This document shows positions 10,031-20,252 of a DNA stretch of 64,000 nt, piece after piece. The notes under the pieces are model-generated. The model did not search any database and was not told the origin of the DNA. It worked only from the letters and a program-made list of their open reading frames with translations. The DNA comes from Candidatus Heimdallarchaeota archaeon. Lineage in GTDB: Archaea; Asgardarchaeota; Heimdallarchaeia; JABLTI01. Both the position numbers and the translations under genes were made by a program. Within the stretch, counting starts at the first letter, position 1. Every line of letters begins with the position of its first letter. The stretch is taken from positions 16,476-80,475 of the forward strand of contig DXJV01000085.1 in assembly GCA_019056785.1 (NCBI GenBank), given 5' to 3'.

Positions 10031-10750
10031 ATGTATAGGGAATTTGCCAAATATTATGATAAAATCTACCATCGGAAGAATTACAAAAAAGAGGTTCGCG
10101 TCCTAAAAAAATTGATCCGTCGATATAAGCGGTCCCTTGGAAATGATCTTTTAGACTTAGCAACAGGCACGGGCAACCACATTGCCTACTTTTGTGATAG
10201 TTTTAATTGCACAGGCTTAGACCTTAACGAAGAGATATTGGCTGTTGCGCGTTCAAAAGGATTAAACGCAACCTTCGTTCAGGGAGACATGCAGGATTTC
10301 AATCTGCAGAAGCAATTCGATGTTATAACCTGTCTTTTCAGCTCGATTGGTTATCTTTTAACGGAAGCAGCTCTTGAAAAGACTTTCAAATGCATCTATC
10401 ACCATTTGAAACCCGGAGGAGTTGTGTTTATTGAACCGTGGTTAGAAAGAGAAGTTTATTGTGTAGGGTCCCCCCATATGGAAATCTATGACGATAACGA
10501 CCTTAAAATAGCTCGTTTGAATGTTTCTGAGTTAAAAAAAGAGTCTATCGCTTATTTTAAAATGCATTATCTGGTTGCTGAAAGAAACAAACCAGTCGAG
10601 TATTTCGTAGATGAACACGAATTGGCACTTTTCCCCCATAGTTTACTTATTACTAAGATGCAAGAAGTAGGACTGAAGACCAAAGTTTACGCGAAAGGGG
10701 TCTTTAAGAGAAGAACATTGCTCATCGGATTAAAACTGGAAAAAGTCTAA
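10031..10750 (+). CDS. Class I SAM-dependent methyltransferase (TylM1/DesVI-like N-methyltransferase family)
   Basis: YYDKIY, LLDLATGTG, GDMQDF, FDVITCLFSSIGY, LKPGGVVFIEPW. Confidence 0.85.
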   Translation: MYREFAKYYDKIYHRKNYKKEVRVLKKLIRRYKRSLGNDLLDLATGTGNHIAYFCDSFNCTGLDLNEEILAVARSKGLNATFVQGDMQDFNLQKQFDVITCLFSSIGYLLTEAALEKTFKCIYHHLKPGGVVFIEPWLEREVYCVGSPHMEIYDDNDLKIARLNVSELKKESIAYFKMHYLVAERNKPVEYFVDEHELALFPHSLLITKMQEVGLKTKVYAKGVFKRRTLLIGLKLEKV

Positions 10751-11028
10751 TTCCATTCTTTTTTAGTAGTGTTTTTATGTCCAAATAGAAAATCATTGTA
10801 AAAATAGAGTGATAATTTTGGCTGAAATAATTGCAAAAGAAAAAGAACGAGAAGAAATACCAACAATCCACCTTTTTGTGAAGAAACAGACCCAATTTTA
10901 TATTCGATCCAATGTTACCGTGACAACAACAAAAGTTCGATTACTAAAACGCGCAGAGTAACGGGGAAAGTTTGGACTAACAATTCCTTGGTACATTGCA
11001 AGCTCTTTTTCGTATGTAAAATTAGCAG

Positions 11029-12088
11029 TCATTTCAGAAAGACCATTTCGTGTAGTGCTTCAGTCTGCTCAATTATGGTTCCATTCTCAGTCGTACATTC
11101 AACATTACAAGTTGACAGGAAGCGAAAATAGCCGGGTTTAATCTTGAGAATTTTTTTCGTGAAAAATTGTACCAACCTGCTCTGTTCTGACAGAAGGTCT
11201 TGCGCATCAATGATCTTTTATATTTCCAGTTGTACTTTTACCTGTGAAGGAATCTCGAGTTGAAACCTTTTTGGATAATAAGAATGAATTCTCGTGTTTA
11301 GGGCAATTTCTTTAGTAGAGATGATGAATTCGCCGGTGCTATTTTTCAGTTTGTCCTTTTCAGCAAGCATAAAGACAGCTATTTTATAGTTCTTCATTTT
11401 TTTATTTAATTGAATAATCGCAAAAATCACTGTGAAAGTTTTTGTGTAGATTTTTCCCCATTGCCAGCAGTCAATAATTTTGGAAAGATTAACCCCAGAA
11501 CCCCAAGTGATCGTGATAGCCAATGCCTTCCTTTGTGAATTCTTCAGTCCCGAAACGGACCTGTGCTTTGACTTGTGCTCTAGGGAGGGGGACAATCCAG
11601 TGAAAATATCCCTTTTGCCCAAACGTGGTGAATCCTTTGCTTGGTTTCCAGCCAGAAACGATGCCGGTGAAATGAAGTTTGATGGAGATTTCGTCCTCTT
11701 CAACAAACAATTCATATACAGGTGCCTCTGCAAAAGAATAATCGACATGAAGATAATTGTTTCGAAGCTTGATGTCAGTTTTTTTCTGTGATGCTTTAAA
11801 TTCATGCGTTTGAAAAGGGAAACGATAAGATTCCTTTCCTCCCTCCGGCTTGTAAATTGTTACTTCAATTTTTGTTTTCCAGGATAAATGGTTACGGGCA
11901 TAGAAAAAGACAATCACTGTAAAGCCGTTATCTAAATGTGTGTCGAAATACCATCACTTGAAATTATCCCTCTTAGCGAGATCAATGTGTAACCCCCTTT
12001 CTTCCGGCGTAAGTGATTGTATTTTTCCATCCTTTTTTCCAGGACCAATCCATCCTTCATTGACTTCGGTTGCGAGTTTATGTGACAT
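11029..12088 (-). pseudogene. Disrupted CrtC/AttH lipocalin-like (hydroxyneurosporene synthase/tocopherol cyclase-like) gene
   Basis: ATG at 12088; in-frame TGA at 11954-11956 within the (E)WWYFD motif; frameshift near 11505 breaks GYHDH(N)WG; TAA at 11218-11220; the frame then continues KPGYFRFLS...LHEMVFLK to a stop at 11029. Confidence 0.8.
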
Positions 12089-12204
12089 TGAATGATCTCT
12101 TTTTCTATTATTTTGGGCCAATAATTATTTGAATCTAACCTTTTTTATAAGACATCGCGGGTGTTTTTTGGAAAACAACACTAAAAAAGAAGGAAAGAGG
12201 GGGA

Positions 12205-13017
12205 TTATTCGTTTGCATAAGCTTCTAAGCCAAAAGCTTCGCCGAGAAGCTGATGTAACCTGCTTACAAAACGGACTGCTGGGGCGCCATCAACAATATC
12301 ATGATCAAATTCAACAACAATGTGGAGAATGTCGCGGGGCACGAGTTCGTTGTTTATATAGACAGGTTTTTTTACAATCGCTCCTAATGCACAAGTAGTT
12401 GCGTGAAAGGTCTTTGGAATGGCATAGCCGACAATACCTTTACCAAACATTCCCATAGCTGTTACTCCCACAGTTCCTAGGTTCTTCCGGATTTTAAAGG
12501 GGTCTTTAATAATACTGCGCCAGAGAAGAGCCCGAATTATCTTAGGTAACTTCATAAGCAATTTTTGCCGCTTTTTCTGTTTTGCTTCTTTCTCGCGCTG
12601 ATCTTTGGAATGCTTTTGAGCCATGCGAATTTCGTTTTGAATTTCTTGAAAAGACTTCTTATTTGCTTGTCGTATGATGTACGCAATAGGAACTTTTTGG
12701 CCGCGAACCTCTTTTTCAACAAGGCATTTTATATCGACATCTTTGAATTGGATCATCTTCCGCCGCCCCTTTCGGAAGGTCTGGACAATGGGGTTCTCTT
12801 CAACAACTTGGGCAACGCATTTCATAATCCAAGAGGTAATGGACAGCTTTTCACCTGTTTTCTCTTCATGCTTTTTCATTATTGCCATTGCTTTAGTGAC
12901 ATCCATTTCAACAATGCCAATATTATGATTGTAATAACGACTGAGATTTACTGCTTCAGCAATTATTTCTCGTTCTTTAGTAAATTTCAAAACACGATAA
13001 TTTTCTGTTTCTGTCAT
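12205..13017 (-). CDS. 2-oxoacid dehydrogenase E2-type acyltransferase, catalytic domain only
   Basis: C-terminal FDHDIVDGAPAVRF motif; no lipoyl domain; likely start is the ATG at 13017 (MTETEN), as the upstream extension is intergenic-like. Confidence 0.85.
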   Translation of the reverse strand: MTETENYRVLKFTKEREIIAEAVNLSRYYNHNIGIVEMDVTKAMAIMKKHEEKTGEKLSITSWIMKCVAQVVEENPIVQTFRKGRRKMIQFKDVDIKCLVEKEVRGQKVPIAYIIRQANKKSFQEIQNEIRMAQKHSKDQREKEAKQKKRQKLLMKLPKIIRALLWRSIIKDPFKIRKNLGTVGVTAMGMFGKGIVGYAIPKTFHATTCALGAIVKKPVYINNELVPRDILHIVVEFDHDIVDGAPAVRFVSRLHQLLGEAFGLEAYANE

Positions 13018-13294
13018 TTTTTCATCACTCGAGCCACAATTAACTAGTTTGAGATGAATTCTGCCCTTTTTTTTTAATGGATTATTTTTATTTACTTGAA
13101 TCTCGATTTTAATTAATTTTGTGTTTAAACGAGAAGAAAAACAAGGTTGAAAGGGTATTTTCCAATGGAAAAGTGGGAAAAAAGGTATGAAAATTAGGGT
13201 TTTGTTAAAGAACAAGCTAAAAAAACTAACTAGGGCCTTTTTTAAAGAGAAAAGGAGTCTCAATAATTAGTGAATAATAACTTGTGAAAAACTC

Positions 13295-13864
13295 ATGACC
13301 GGTTTATTTAATCGAATTGCTCATCGTTACGATGGTATTGTTGGTTCTTTCGATTTGGACGAAATTCTGAAGCATCTGCCCTTAAATGAGAAAACATTAT
13401 TTTTAGACCTGGGTGGAGGAACAGGTAGGGTAAGCTATCACCTTTTGTCCCTTGTTAATGAATGTATGATCGCTGACTTGTCTTTTGAAATGCTTGAACA
13501 AGCCAAGAAAAAAACAACCGAGTTCATGTTGCTTCAAGCGAATGCAGACAATCTCCCAATAAAGTCAAATTCAATTGAAACAATTTTTCTAAATGACTCA
13601 TTACATCACATTCGAAATCAAAAAGAAACGATCGCAGAATGTTATCGAATCTTGGAAAAAGGGGGAGCACTATATATACGAGAATTCAATCGCAAGTATT
13701 TCTGGAATATCTTCTTAATTCTAGGAGAAGCATTGCTCTGTTTCAAGAGTAAGTTCTATTCGCCCAAAGAACTACAAAAGGCTTGCGAGGATGTGGGGTT
13801 CGAAGTGAGTATAATCACTTGCCGAAAAGGAACTTTCCTTATGAAAGCAAGCAAAATTCATTAG
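13295..13864 (+). CDS. Class I SAM-dependent methyltransferase (UbiE/Methyltransf_11-like)
   Basis: FNRIAHRYD, FLDLGGGTG, DLSFEML, ECYRILEKGG. Confidence 0.85.
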   Translation: MTGLFNRIAHRYDGIVGSFDLDEILKHLPLNEKTLFLDLGGGTGRVSYHLLSLVNECMIADLSFEMLEQAKKKTTEFMLLQANADNLPIKSNSIETIFLNDSLHHIRNQKETIAECYRILEKGGALYIREFNRKYFWNIFLILGEALLCFKSKFYSPKELQKACEDVGFEVSIITCRKGTFLMKASKIH

Positions 13865-13886
13865 CAAGAGAAACGATGTATTAAGA

Positions 13887-15719
13887 ATGGAACAAAATAG
13901 CCAGTTTATTATTAGCAACAGCCTTTTATGGGCTTATCACCAAGAAAAAATGGTTCATTTGTTTTCGCAAGGGAACTGGCTTCTCTCTTATACGCTACCA
14001 GAAGAGTATCAGTTAACCAAAGCAGAAAAGATAAAAGATGAAGGTAACCAAGCAGTTATCTATTATCCGAACGACGAAAAAAGGCTTCTTATCCTTGAAA
14101 AGAGTGCATTAATCGAACAGAAAGCCCAAAATGTTCACTATACTCTTCAGCCTATGTTTAGTAATAGCTTGATCTTTAGGGGCGATAGCCCAGCTCTTGA
14201 ACCTCTCGCGCCAATAAAACAACTCTCAAAAAATTGCTACACGCGAGAGGGGTTCCCTGTAGTAGAATTAAATCAAACACCAACGAAAATTGTTATCATA
14301 ACCAAACTTGCAAACAGCAAAAGAGGGTTTGTTCCACTGGCATATAAAGAGTGGCAAGAACAACAACCTAAAGTGAAAAGCAAGAATGCATTTTTTAATG
14401 CCCTCTATCAAAAAACATTGAAATCACTCTATAAGCTCCGACTAAAAACAATAGATGGAGAAATAAAAGTAGCAGGACTGCCAGATTTTCCATCGTTATT
14501 TGGTAGGGATTTCTCGTTAAGTGCTCTGGCAGAAATTTATCTTTGGCCAGAAAAAGTGAAAGAAGAGCTTTTAATTCATCTAAAACATGTTGGTGAAAAA
14601 ACTGATATTATCCGGAACGAGCAAAAGGGCAGAGCTATTCATGAATACAATTATGATGCCATAACAATGGCAGGGGCCTATCAACAGTTCCCAAGCTATT
14701 ATGCAAATGATAGCAACGCCCTTCTTCTAATTACTATCTTTCGCTTGGCAAAAATCCAAAGAGATTTCACTATAGTAGAAAAATACCCAGCTATTATTAC
14801 TGAACTCTTTCAACACATGCTAAGCCTTGATGTAGATGGCGACGGCTTTATCGAATATCAGCAGCAAGCAGGACAGCTACTTAAACACCAAACATGGCGG
14901 GATGGCGGAGACGAAATTCGCTCGCTGGAAGATAGAGCTGTACTTCAACCAATCGCCCCTCTTCATGATCAACTTTGTATGCTGGGAGCAATAAAAGAAA
15001 TTATCGCTTATCAAGAACAGTTCAAAAATGCGATTCTTGGTTGGAAAACAAAAGAACTACGCAGGCAATTTCAAAAGCTGAAAAAGGCTTTGAATGAGTC
15101 TTTTTGGATGTCAGAATATGAGGGCTATGCTTTGGCTTTAGATGGCAATAATGAGCAAGTTAAAGTGGTGAATTCAGATGTTTGTTTAGGGTATTATTTC
15201 CAGCTTTTCGATGAGAAAAAAGCTCACTTGCAATATCATGCTTTAGTGGATAAAGAACGATTGTTGGCAAAAGAAGGCATTCGCACGGTCTCAAAAGAGC
15301 ACCTGTTATATTCTCCGCGAAAGTATCAACGAGGTGGTGTCTGGCCCTGGCAATTAGCGGTCCTTATTCCCGGACTGCGAAATTATTCTCTCGATACTGA
15401 GCCATTTCTTCGTTGCTTAGATTATCTTGCAACAACAGGTAATTCTTTGGCTGAAGTGTATATCCCCGATAGAGATGTTTTAACTCCGTTATCAAATTGC
15501 ATAGAGCAACGATGGTCTGCAGCAATTCCATGGCTTGCTTTACTTGAAGGGTTTTGTGGCTTAAAAGTTGGCTATAATTCTATAGATCTCAAACCAAGGA
15601 AAAACGCGAGCAATTATTACCCACTAAGTATTAGGGGAATTTTCATTTATTCGAAAAAATATGATTTATTATTAGAGACAACAGAATCAGCAAAAATCAT
15701 ACAACGACAAACTCCTTGA
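13887..15719 (+). CDS. Amylo-alpha-1,6-glucosidase / glycogen debranching enzyme-like (alpha/alpha)6 glycoside hydrolase
   Basis: AGLPDFPSLFGRD, DVDGDGFIEY, QTWRD, YALALDG, YQRGGVWPW, QRWSAA. Confidence 0.8.
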   Translation: MEQNSQFIISNSLLWAYHQEKMVHLFSQGNWLLSYTLPEEYQLTKAEKIKDEGNQAVIYYPNDEKRLLILEKSALIEQKAQNVHYTLQPMFSNSLIFRGDSPALEPLAPIKQLSKNCYTREGFPVVELNQTPTKIVIITKLANSKRGFVPLAYKEWQEQQPKVKSKNAFFNALYQKTLKSLYKLRLKTIDGEIKVAGLPDFPSLFGRDFSLSALAEIYLWPEKVKEELLIHLKHVGEKTDIIRNEQKGRAIHEYNYDAITMAGAYQQFPSYYANDSNALLLITIFRLAKIQRDFTIVEKYPAIITELFQHMLSLDVDGDGFIEYQQQAGQLLKHQTWRDGGDEIRSLEDRAVLQPIAPLHDQLCMLGAIKEIIAYQEQFKNAILGWKTKELRRQFQKLKKALNESFWMSEYEGYALALDGNNEQVKVVNSDVCLGYYFQLFDEKKAHLQYHALVDKERLLAKEGIRTVSKEHLLYSPRKYQRGGVWPWQLAVLIPGLRNYSLDTEPFLRCLDYLATTGNSLAEVYIPDRDVLTPLSNCIEQRWSAAIPWLALLEGFCGLKVGYNSIDLKPRKNASNYYPLSIRGIFIYSKKYDLLLETTESAKIIQRQTP

Positions 15720-15816
15720 AAGAATGAATGAGACCCCTTCCACGCTCAAAAGACTTTAAAATGAAAAATGGTATCTATTAAATATTTCAATTAAAAAGAT
15801 AAAAGAGAAAATCATT

Positions 15817-16587
15817 ATGGATTATTACTTGATAATTCTCTTAGCAGGATTAGTTGGATTATTTGCTGGCTTTCTGAGTGGAATGCTAGGTATTGGCGGG
15901 GGGTCAATACGTGTTCCATTGTTAAATCTTTTAGGGTTTGATTTGCTTGTCGCTTTTGGGATTAACCTTTTAACAATCCCTTTTTCAGCGCTTTTCGGCG
16001 CTAAATCTCATATTGATAACATAGATATGAAAACTACTCTTTTTTTGACTCTGGGTGGTTGTGGCGGAACATTGGTGGGTTTGGTTTTAGCATTTCATCT
16101 CTCTCTCTCGAAATTACTTTTACCTGCAATTTTTTTCCTTTCATCAATTTTGACGGTATTAGGGTTGAATCTATACAAAATCTCTCCTAAAATTTCGTCA
16201 AAACTGAAACCAACAGCATTTAACATTATTTTAGGCGCCATGACCCTCAATTTTATTACAGGCTTGAAAGGTGGAAGTGGTGGTTCACTTTTCCCGCCAT
16301 TCTTAAAGACATTAGGTTATGACATTCACAAAGCAATTGCCATCTCTCTTCTTACAACTTTTTTTACATCAATTACGGGTGTCTTTTACTATTATTTTAA
16401 GGGTATTCCCTTTGCGAGTGAAGGTATGGTTGTAATTTTGGGTTCAATTATTGGGGTTAAGTTAGGGAGTGTTGTATCAATTAAAACAAAGCCTCGCATG
16501 CTAGAAGTAACTCTATCAATAATTGTAGTTTTGTTAGCTCTAATACCACTGATAAAAGCAATTATCAAAATTTGGAGTATATCTTAG
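15817..16587 (+). CDS. Sulfite exporter TauE/SafE family membrane protein
   Basis: GFLSGMLGIGGG...VPLL, repeated in the second half as GLKGGSGG; multiple TM helices. Confidence 0.85.
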   Translation: MDYYLIILLAGLVGLFAGFLSGMLGIGGGSIRVPLLNLLGFDLLVAFGINLLTIPFSALFGAKSHIDNIDMKTTLFLTLGGCGGTLVGLVLAFHLSLSKLLLPAIFFLSSILTVLGLNLYKISPKISSKLKPTAFNIILGAMTLNFITGLKGGSGGSLFPPFLKTLGYDIHKAIAISLLTTFFTSITGVFYYYFKGIPFASEGMVVILGSIIGVKLGSVVSIKTKPRMLEVTLSIIVVLLALIPLIKAIIKIWSIS

Positions 16588-16820
16588 TTTTTTCTCAAGG
16601 GAAAAAATGACATTTGAAAAGTAAATAATAAGACAAATGTAAGGGTGATTTGTAAAAAATCGCCACAAAGATTCTTATAAATTTTCTAATCTAAGAAGTG
16701 ATGGTTGGCTACCCTTCTCTTTTAAGCAATACTATTTATTTTTTGGCAATAACTTTCTTGAAAGACCAATTTACGATTTAGTCATATATTAGTCCTTTAA
16801 GTTAAGAGTAGAAAGGAAAA

Positions 16821-18110
16821 TTATGGTTTTACTCTTGCCATTGTTCGAGGGAAGGCAATAGCATCCTTTATTGTATCAAATCCACAGAGCCACATTACTA
16901 CTCGAGCAATACCCATTCCAAATCCCGAGTGGGGGACAGAACCATAGCGTCGAGTGTCCAGGTAGAAATCATACTCCTTTGGATCCAATCCTTCCTGTTC
17001 AAGGCTTTCGAGGATTTTATCCATATCAGACTCACGCTCTGAACCATCGATGATTTCACCAACTTCTGGAGCAAGCATATTGGCATTAAGGCATACTTTT
17101 GGATTTTTCGGGTCAACTTTCTTGTAAAAGGCCATGATCTCTCGAGGATAACGGGTAACAATAACCGGTTTATCAAAAAAGGTACCAATCAGTCGTTCTT
17201 CATGAGCCCCAAGATCCTTACCATATTGGAATTCAATGTCTTTTTGCTTTAACAAATCAATGGCTTCATCATAAGTGATGCGTGGAAAGGGTGGGGTAAT
17301 TTTCAACAATGCTTGAGGATCCCTGCCTAAAACCTTAAGCTCGTAATCATTCTTTTTAGCAACATTCTTGCAAATGGCTGCGATGACGTTTTCCATCAAT
17401 TTCAAGAGCCCCTCAAACTCCAGCCAGGTAGCCTCAACCTCATAATGCCAATACTCTGTAACATGCCTGGCAGTTTTCGACTTTTCAGCACGAAATGAGG
17501 GAGCAATAGTATAGGCCTTTTCTACAGCATAAATAAAGTTCTCAGCATAGAGCTGCCAGCTCTGGCTTAAGAACACTTCTTTATCGAAATATTTCACTTT
17601 GAAAAGTGTGGACCCTCCTTCAGAGCCAGCCGTGGTGAACATTGGTGGTTGAACTTCTGTATATCCTTCCTTACGCATGTAATTATGAATGGCTTCAAAA
17701 ACAGACGAACGAATCTTCAACATCGCTGTAAGTCTTTGGGAACGAAGTGCAAGATGACGAACGTCGAGTAAGAACTCCTGGCTTTGATCCTTGGTAATTG
17801 GAAAGTTTTCAGACTTGCCAACAACAACGATTTTTTCCGCGCGAATTTCATATCCGCCCGGTGCACGGGTGTCTGCCACAAGTTTGCCTGTGATAATAAG
17901 GGCAGCCTCATAACCAATGCTATCAGCAATATTATACATTTCCTCATTTGCCTCGCGATTTACAGAAACCTGGATCCTCCCAGTAGAGTCCCGGATAGTG
18001 AGAAAAGCAACCTTTTTGCTGCTTCTCTTCCTGGCTACCCAACCACGTAAACTGACAGTTTTATCAACTCGTTTGCCAGAAAGCAATTCGCGAATCTGAG
18101 GAAATTTCAT
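16821..18110 (-). CDS. asnS: Asparaginyl-tRNA synthetase (archaeal type)
   Basis: N-terminal OB fold; LSQSWQLY, PSFRAEKSKTARHVTEYWH, EIIDGSERE, YGSVPHSGFGMGIAR. Confidence 0.88.
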   Translation of the reverse strand: MKFPQIRELLSGKRVDKTVSLRGWVARKRSSKKVAFLTIRDSTGRIQVSVNREANEEMYNIADSIGYEAALIITGKLVADTRAPGGYEIRAEKIVVVGKSENFPITKDQSQEFLLDVRHLALRSQRLTAMLKIRSSVFEAIHNYMRKEGYTEVQPPMFTTAGSEGGSTLFKVKYFDKEVFLSQSWQLYAENFIYAVEKAYTIAPSFRAEKSKTARHVTEYWHYEVEATWLEFEGLLKLMENVIAAICKNVAKKNDYELKVLGRDPQALLKITPPFPRITYDEAIDLLKQKDIEFQYGKDLGAHEERLIGTFFDKPVIVTRYPREIMAFYKKVDPKNPKVCLNANMLAPEVGEIIDGSERESDMDKILESLEQEGLDPKEYDFYLDTRRYGSVPHSGFGMGIARVVMWLCGFDTIKDAIAFPRTMARVKP

Positions 18111-18248
18111 ATTAAATCACCAGATAGATAATGTCTTATCAGCAGAATAATTATTATTAAAACTTTATTCCTCCAATGAATTAGCCGTTTAAAGGTAGCG
18201 GCTACTTTGCTATAAAAATAATTTGTCATCAGCCTAGTACGCGTGTGC

Positions 18249-18560
18249 CTATTTTCTATTCTTTTCAAGTCGCTTCAAACAAAAATCGCGCAGGACAGCC
18301 ATCTCACCAAAAATGGCTAATTCTTCGATTGTCGGTGGTGTACCATTATTCTTCTTTTGTATTAATTCTTGAGCAATTCGTGAGAGTTCTTGATATCTTG
18401 CAACAAAAGTCTTCGTATAGCCTTTTTCATCTGTTTTCACAATGGCCTTAAAATCTTGTTCGATCTGTTCATACGCTTTAGAGAGCTCTTGAAATGAATT
18501 TGCATGCGTAATTTCGAGGGTGGACTTGCTAATTGCCGGAGGGTTTGTTTCAGCTGTCAT
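18249..18560 (-). CDS. Small helical hypothetical protein
   Basis: 103 aa ATG ORF with protein-like composition, between two genes on the same strand. Confidence 0.55.
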   Translation of the reverse strand: MTAETNPPAISKSTLEITHANSFQELSKAYEQIEQDFKAIVKTDEKGYTKTFVARYQELSRIAQELIQKKNNGTPPTIEELAIFGEMAVLRDFCLKRLEKNRK

Positions 18561-18705
18561 CTTTTCTCACGAGCTTTCTTGCTTACTTTTCTTTTTAAAG
18601 TTCTAACTGCTTTTTTATTAGTCTTTTTTTCTTTTTCCTTTTATATTGGAAACTGCTACATTATTTTACATACATTAACATATAAAAAAGTTCGCAATTC
18701 GAATA

Positions 18706-19260
18706 TTAAGGTCTGGAACAGAGGACACCGACATCTTCAACTTGAGCGGTCCATTCATCTTCAACGATGAGAGAGGTTTTGGCGAGCTCTTCACGCAACA
18801 ACTCGAGTGACCATTTCTTGCGAAGGATGGAAATTGCTAATTTTGCCTTACTTTTGGCTACACGCTCAATTTCGGTCAGCGTTTTAATTGGAAGGGGTAA
18901 ATTTTGCAAATGGGTTACAGAGACTATCTTATCAAATAATTCGGAACGAAAGGGAAGGTGGTCAGAATCAGCAACGATAAAATCGATGTCCGGAAATTTT
19001 TCGTGAGCAATTTTAATCATTTCGTACGATAGGTCGATACCAATAAGTGGGGCATTTCTAATATCTTCATGCTGTTCTTGTAAAATCCCTAAGAACATGC
19101 CTGTGCCGCAACCAACGTCTATAATGGCATCGTTGCTTGTAAGCACTAAACGTAAGAATATTTCCCAATATTTCTGCTCTTGAATGCTAGAATATCGTTT
19201 GTCATAGATTTTTGCTGAAGCGTTATACCGATCAGCAATCTCTTTTTTGTGTTTCGCCAC
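18706..19260 (-). CDS. Class I SAM-dependent methyltransferase
   Basis: IYDKRY, IIDVGCGTG, GIDLSYEM, ADSDHLPF. Confidence 0.85.
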   Translation of the reverse strand: MAKHKKEIADRYNASAKIYDKRYSSIQEQKYWEIFLRLVLTSNDAIIDVGCGTGMFLGILQEQHEDIRNAPLIGIDLSYEMIKIAHEKFPDIDFIVADSDHLPFRSELFDKIVSVTHLQNLPLPIKTLTEIERVAKSKAKLAISILRKKWSLELLREELAKTSLIVEDEWTAQVEDVGVLCSRP

Positions 19261-19381
19261 TAACTAGAACTGTCCTTTTTAATTACCACTTTAAATTTCA
19301 AAGGTTGTTGTCTTTTACCAACCGTGTTCTTTTTTTTCAACTGGGCTATGCTTTTTAAATTGCACTGTAGCTTTTCGAAAG

Positions 19382-20092
19382 TTATTCTTCTTTTTTCGTT
19401 AAGATAATTCGAGCATCTACGACCAAAAGGTCATTTTCATAGGCGAAAATGGGGTTTAAATCAACCTCTAAAATATCTTGAATATAATCTATGCTCAATT
19501 GCGAAACTTTCAATAAAACATCAACAATATTTTGCAAATTCACTTTTGGCCCGCCTCGCGCTCCGAGTAGGATAGGCAGTGCTTTTATTTCGTGAATCAT
19601 TTCCATAGCATCACGTTCGGTTATAGGTGCAATTCGGAATGCAACGTCTTTCAATACTTCAACAAAAATGCCACCAAAACCAAACATCACTGCCGGACCG
19701 AAAGTGGGGTCGCGAGTGACACCTATGATCAACTCGTCTGCAGGCTCTGCCATTTTTTCGAGAAGCACGCCTTGAACCTCTGCGTTGGGGTTGTGCTTTT
19801 TGATATTCGCAATAATTTTATTGTAAGCGTTAATTGCTTCCTTTTCCGTTTTGATGTTAAGTTGCACGCCCCCTGCGTCTGTTTTGTGAATAACTTGGGG
19901 GGAGACGATTTTCATTGCCAACGGGAAGCCCACTTTTTTAGCAACACTTTTAACTTCGTCAGCCGACTTGGCAACTGCAAAATCAGTTGTAGGAATACCC
20001 AGTTCTTTAATGATCCTTTTTGACTCCGGCTCTAAAAGGAAAGTTCTATTCTCTCCTCTGGCCTTATCAATAATCTTTTGAATGGTTGTCAC
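19382..20092 (-). CDS. acdB: ADP-forming acetate/acyl-CoA ligase beta subunit (ATP-grasp)
   Basis: KIVSPQVIHKTDAGGV, RDPTFGPAVMFGFGGIFVE, EVDLNPI, VDARI. Confidence 0.9.
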   Translation of the reverse strand: MTTIQKIIDKARGENRTFLLEPESKRIIKELGIPTTDFAVAKSADEVKSVAKKVGFPLAMKIVSPQVIHKTDAGGVQLNIKTEKEAINAYNKIIANIKKHNPNAEVQGVLLEKMAEPADELIIGVTRDPTFGPAVMFGFGGIFVEVLKDVAFRIAPITERDAMEMIHEIKALPILLGARGGPKVNLQNIVDVLLKVSQLSIDYIQDILEVDLNPIFAYENDLLVVDARIILTKKEE

Positions 20093-20252
20093 GAATGATC
20101 AATCCAGTGTATTTGTTTATTACATATTCCGAGACTCCTTTTCTCTTTAAAAAATTTGGTTTGAATTCAAGAGAACCGCTATTAGGTGTTCTTTTTCTCC
20201 TTGAACAAAACAATCGGAAAGGTAAAAAATAGCTTAGAAGTATTACTGTGGT

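Noticed and set aside
11954-11956. In-frame TGA as selenocysteine or Trp recoding
   Set aside because: It replaces a conserved Trp, the same gene also has a frameshift and a TAA, and TGA is a normal stop in other genes here. Pseudogenisation is the simpler explanation.
13018-13263. 82-aa N-terminal extension of the acyltransferase ORF
   Set aside because: Low-complexity AT-rich divergent promoter region; not a lipoyl domain.
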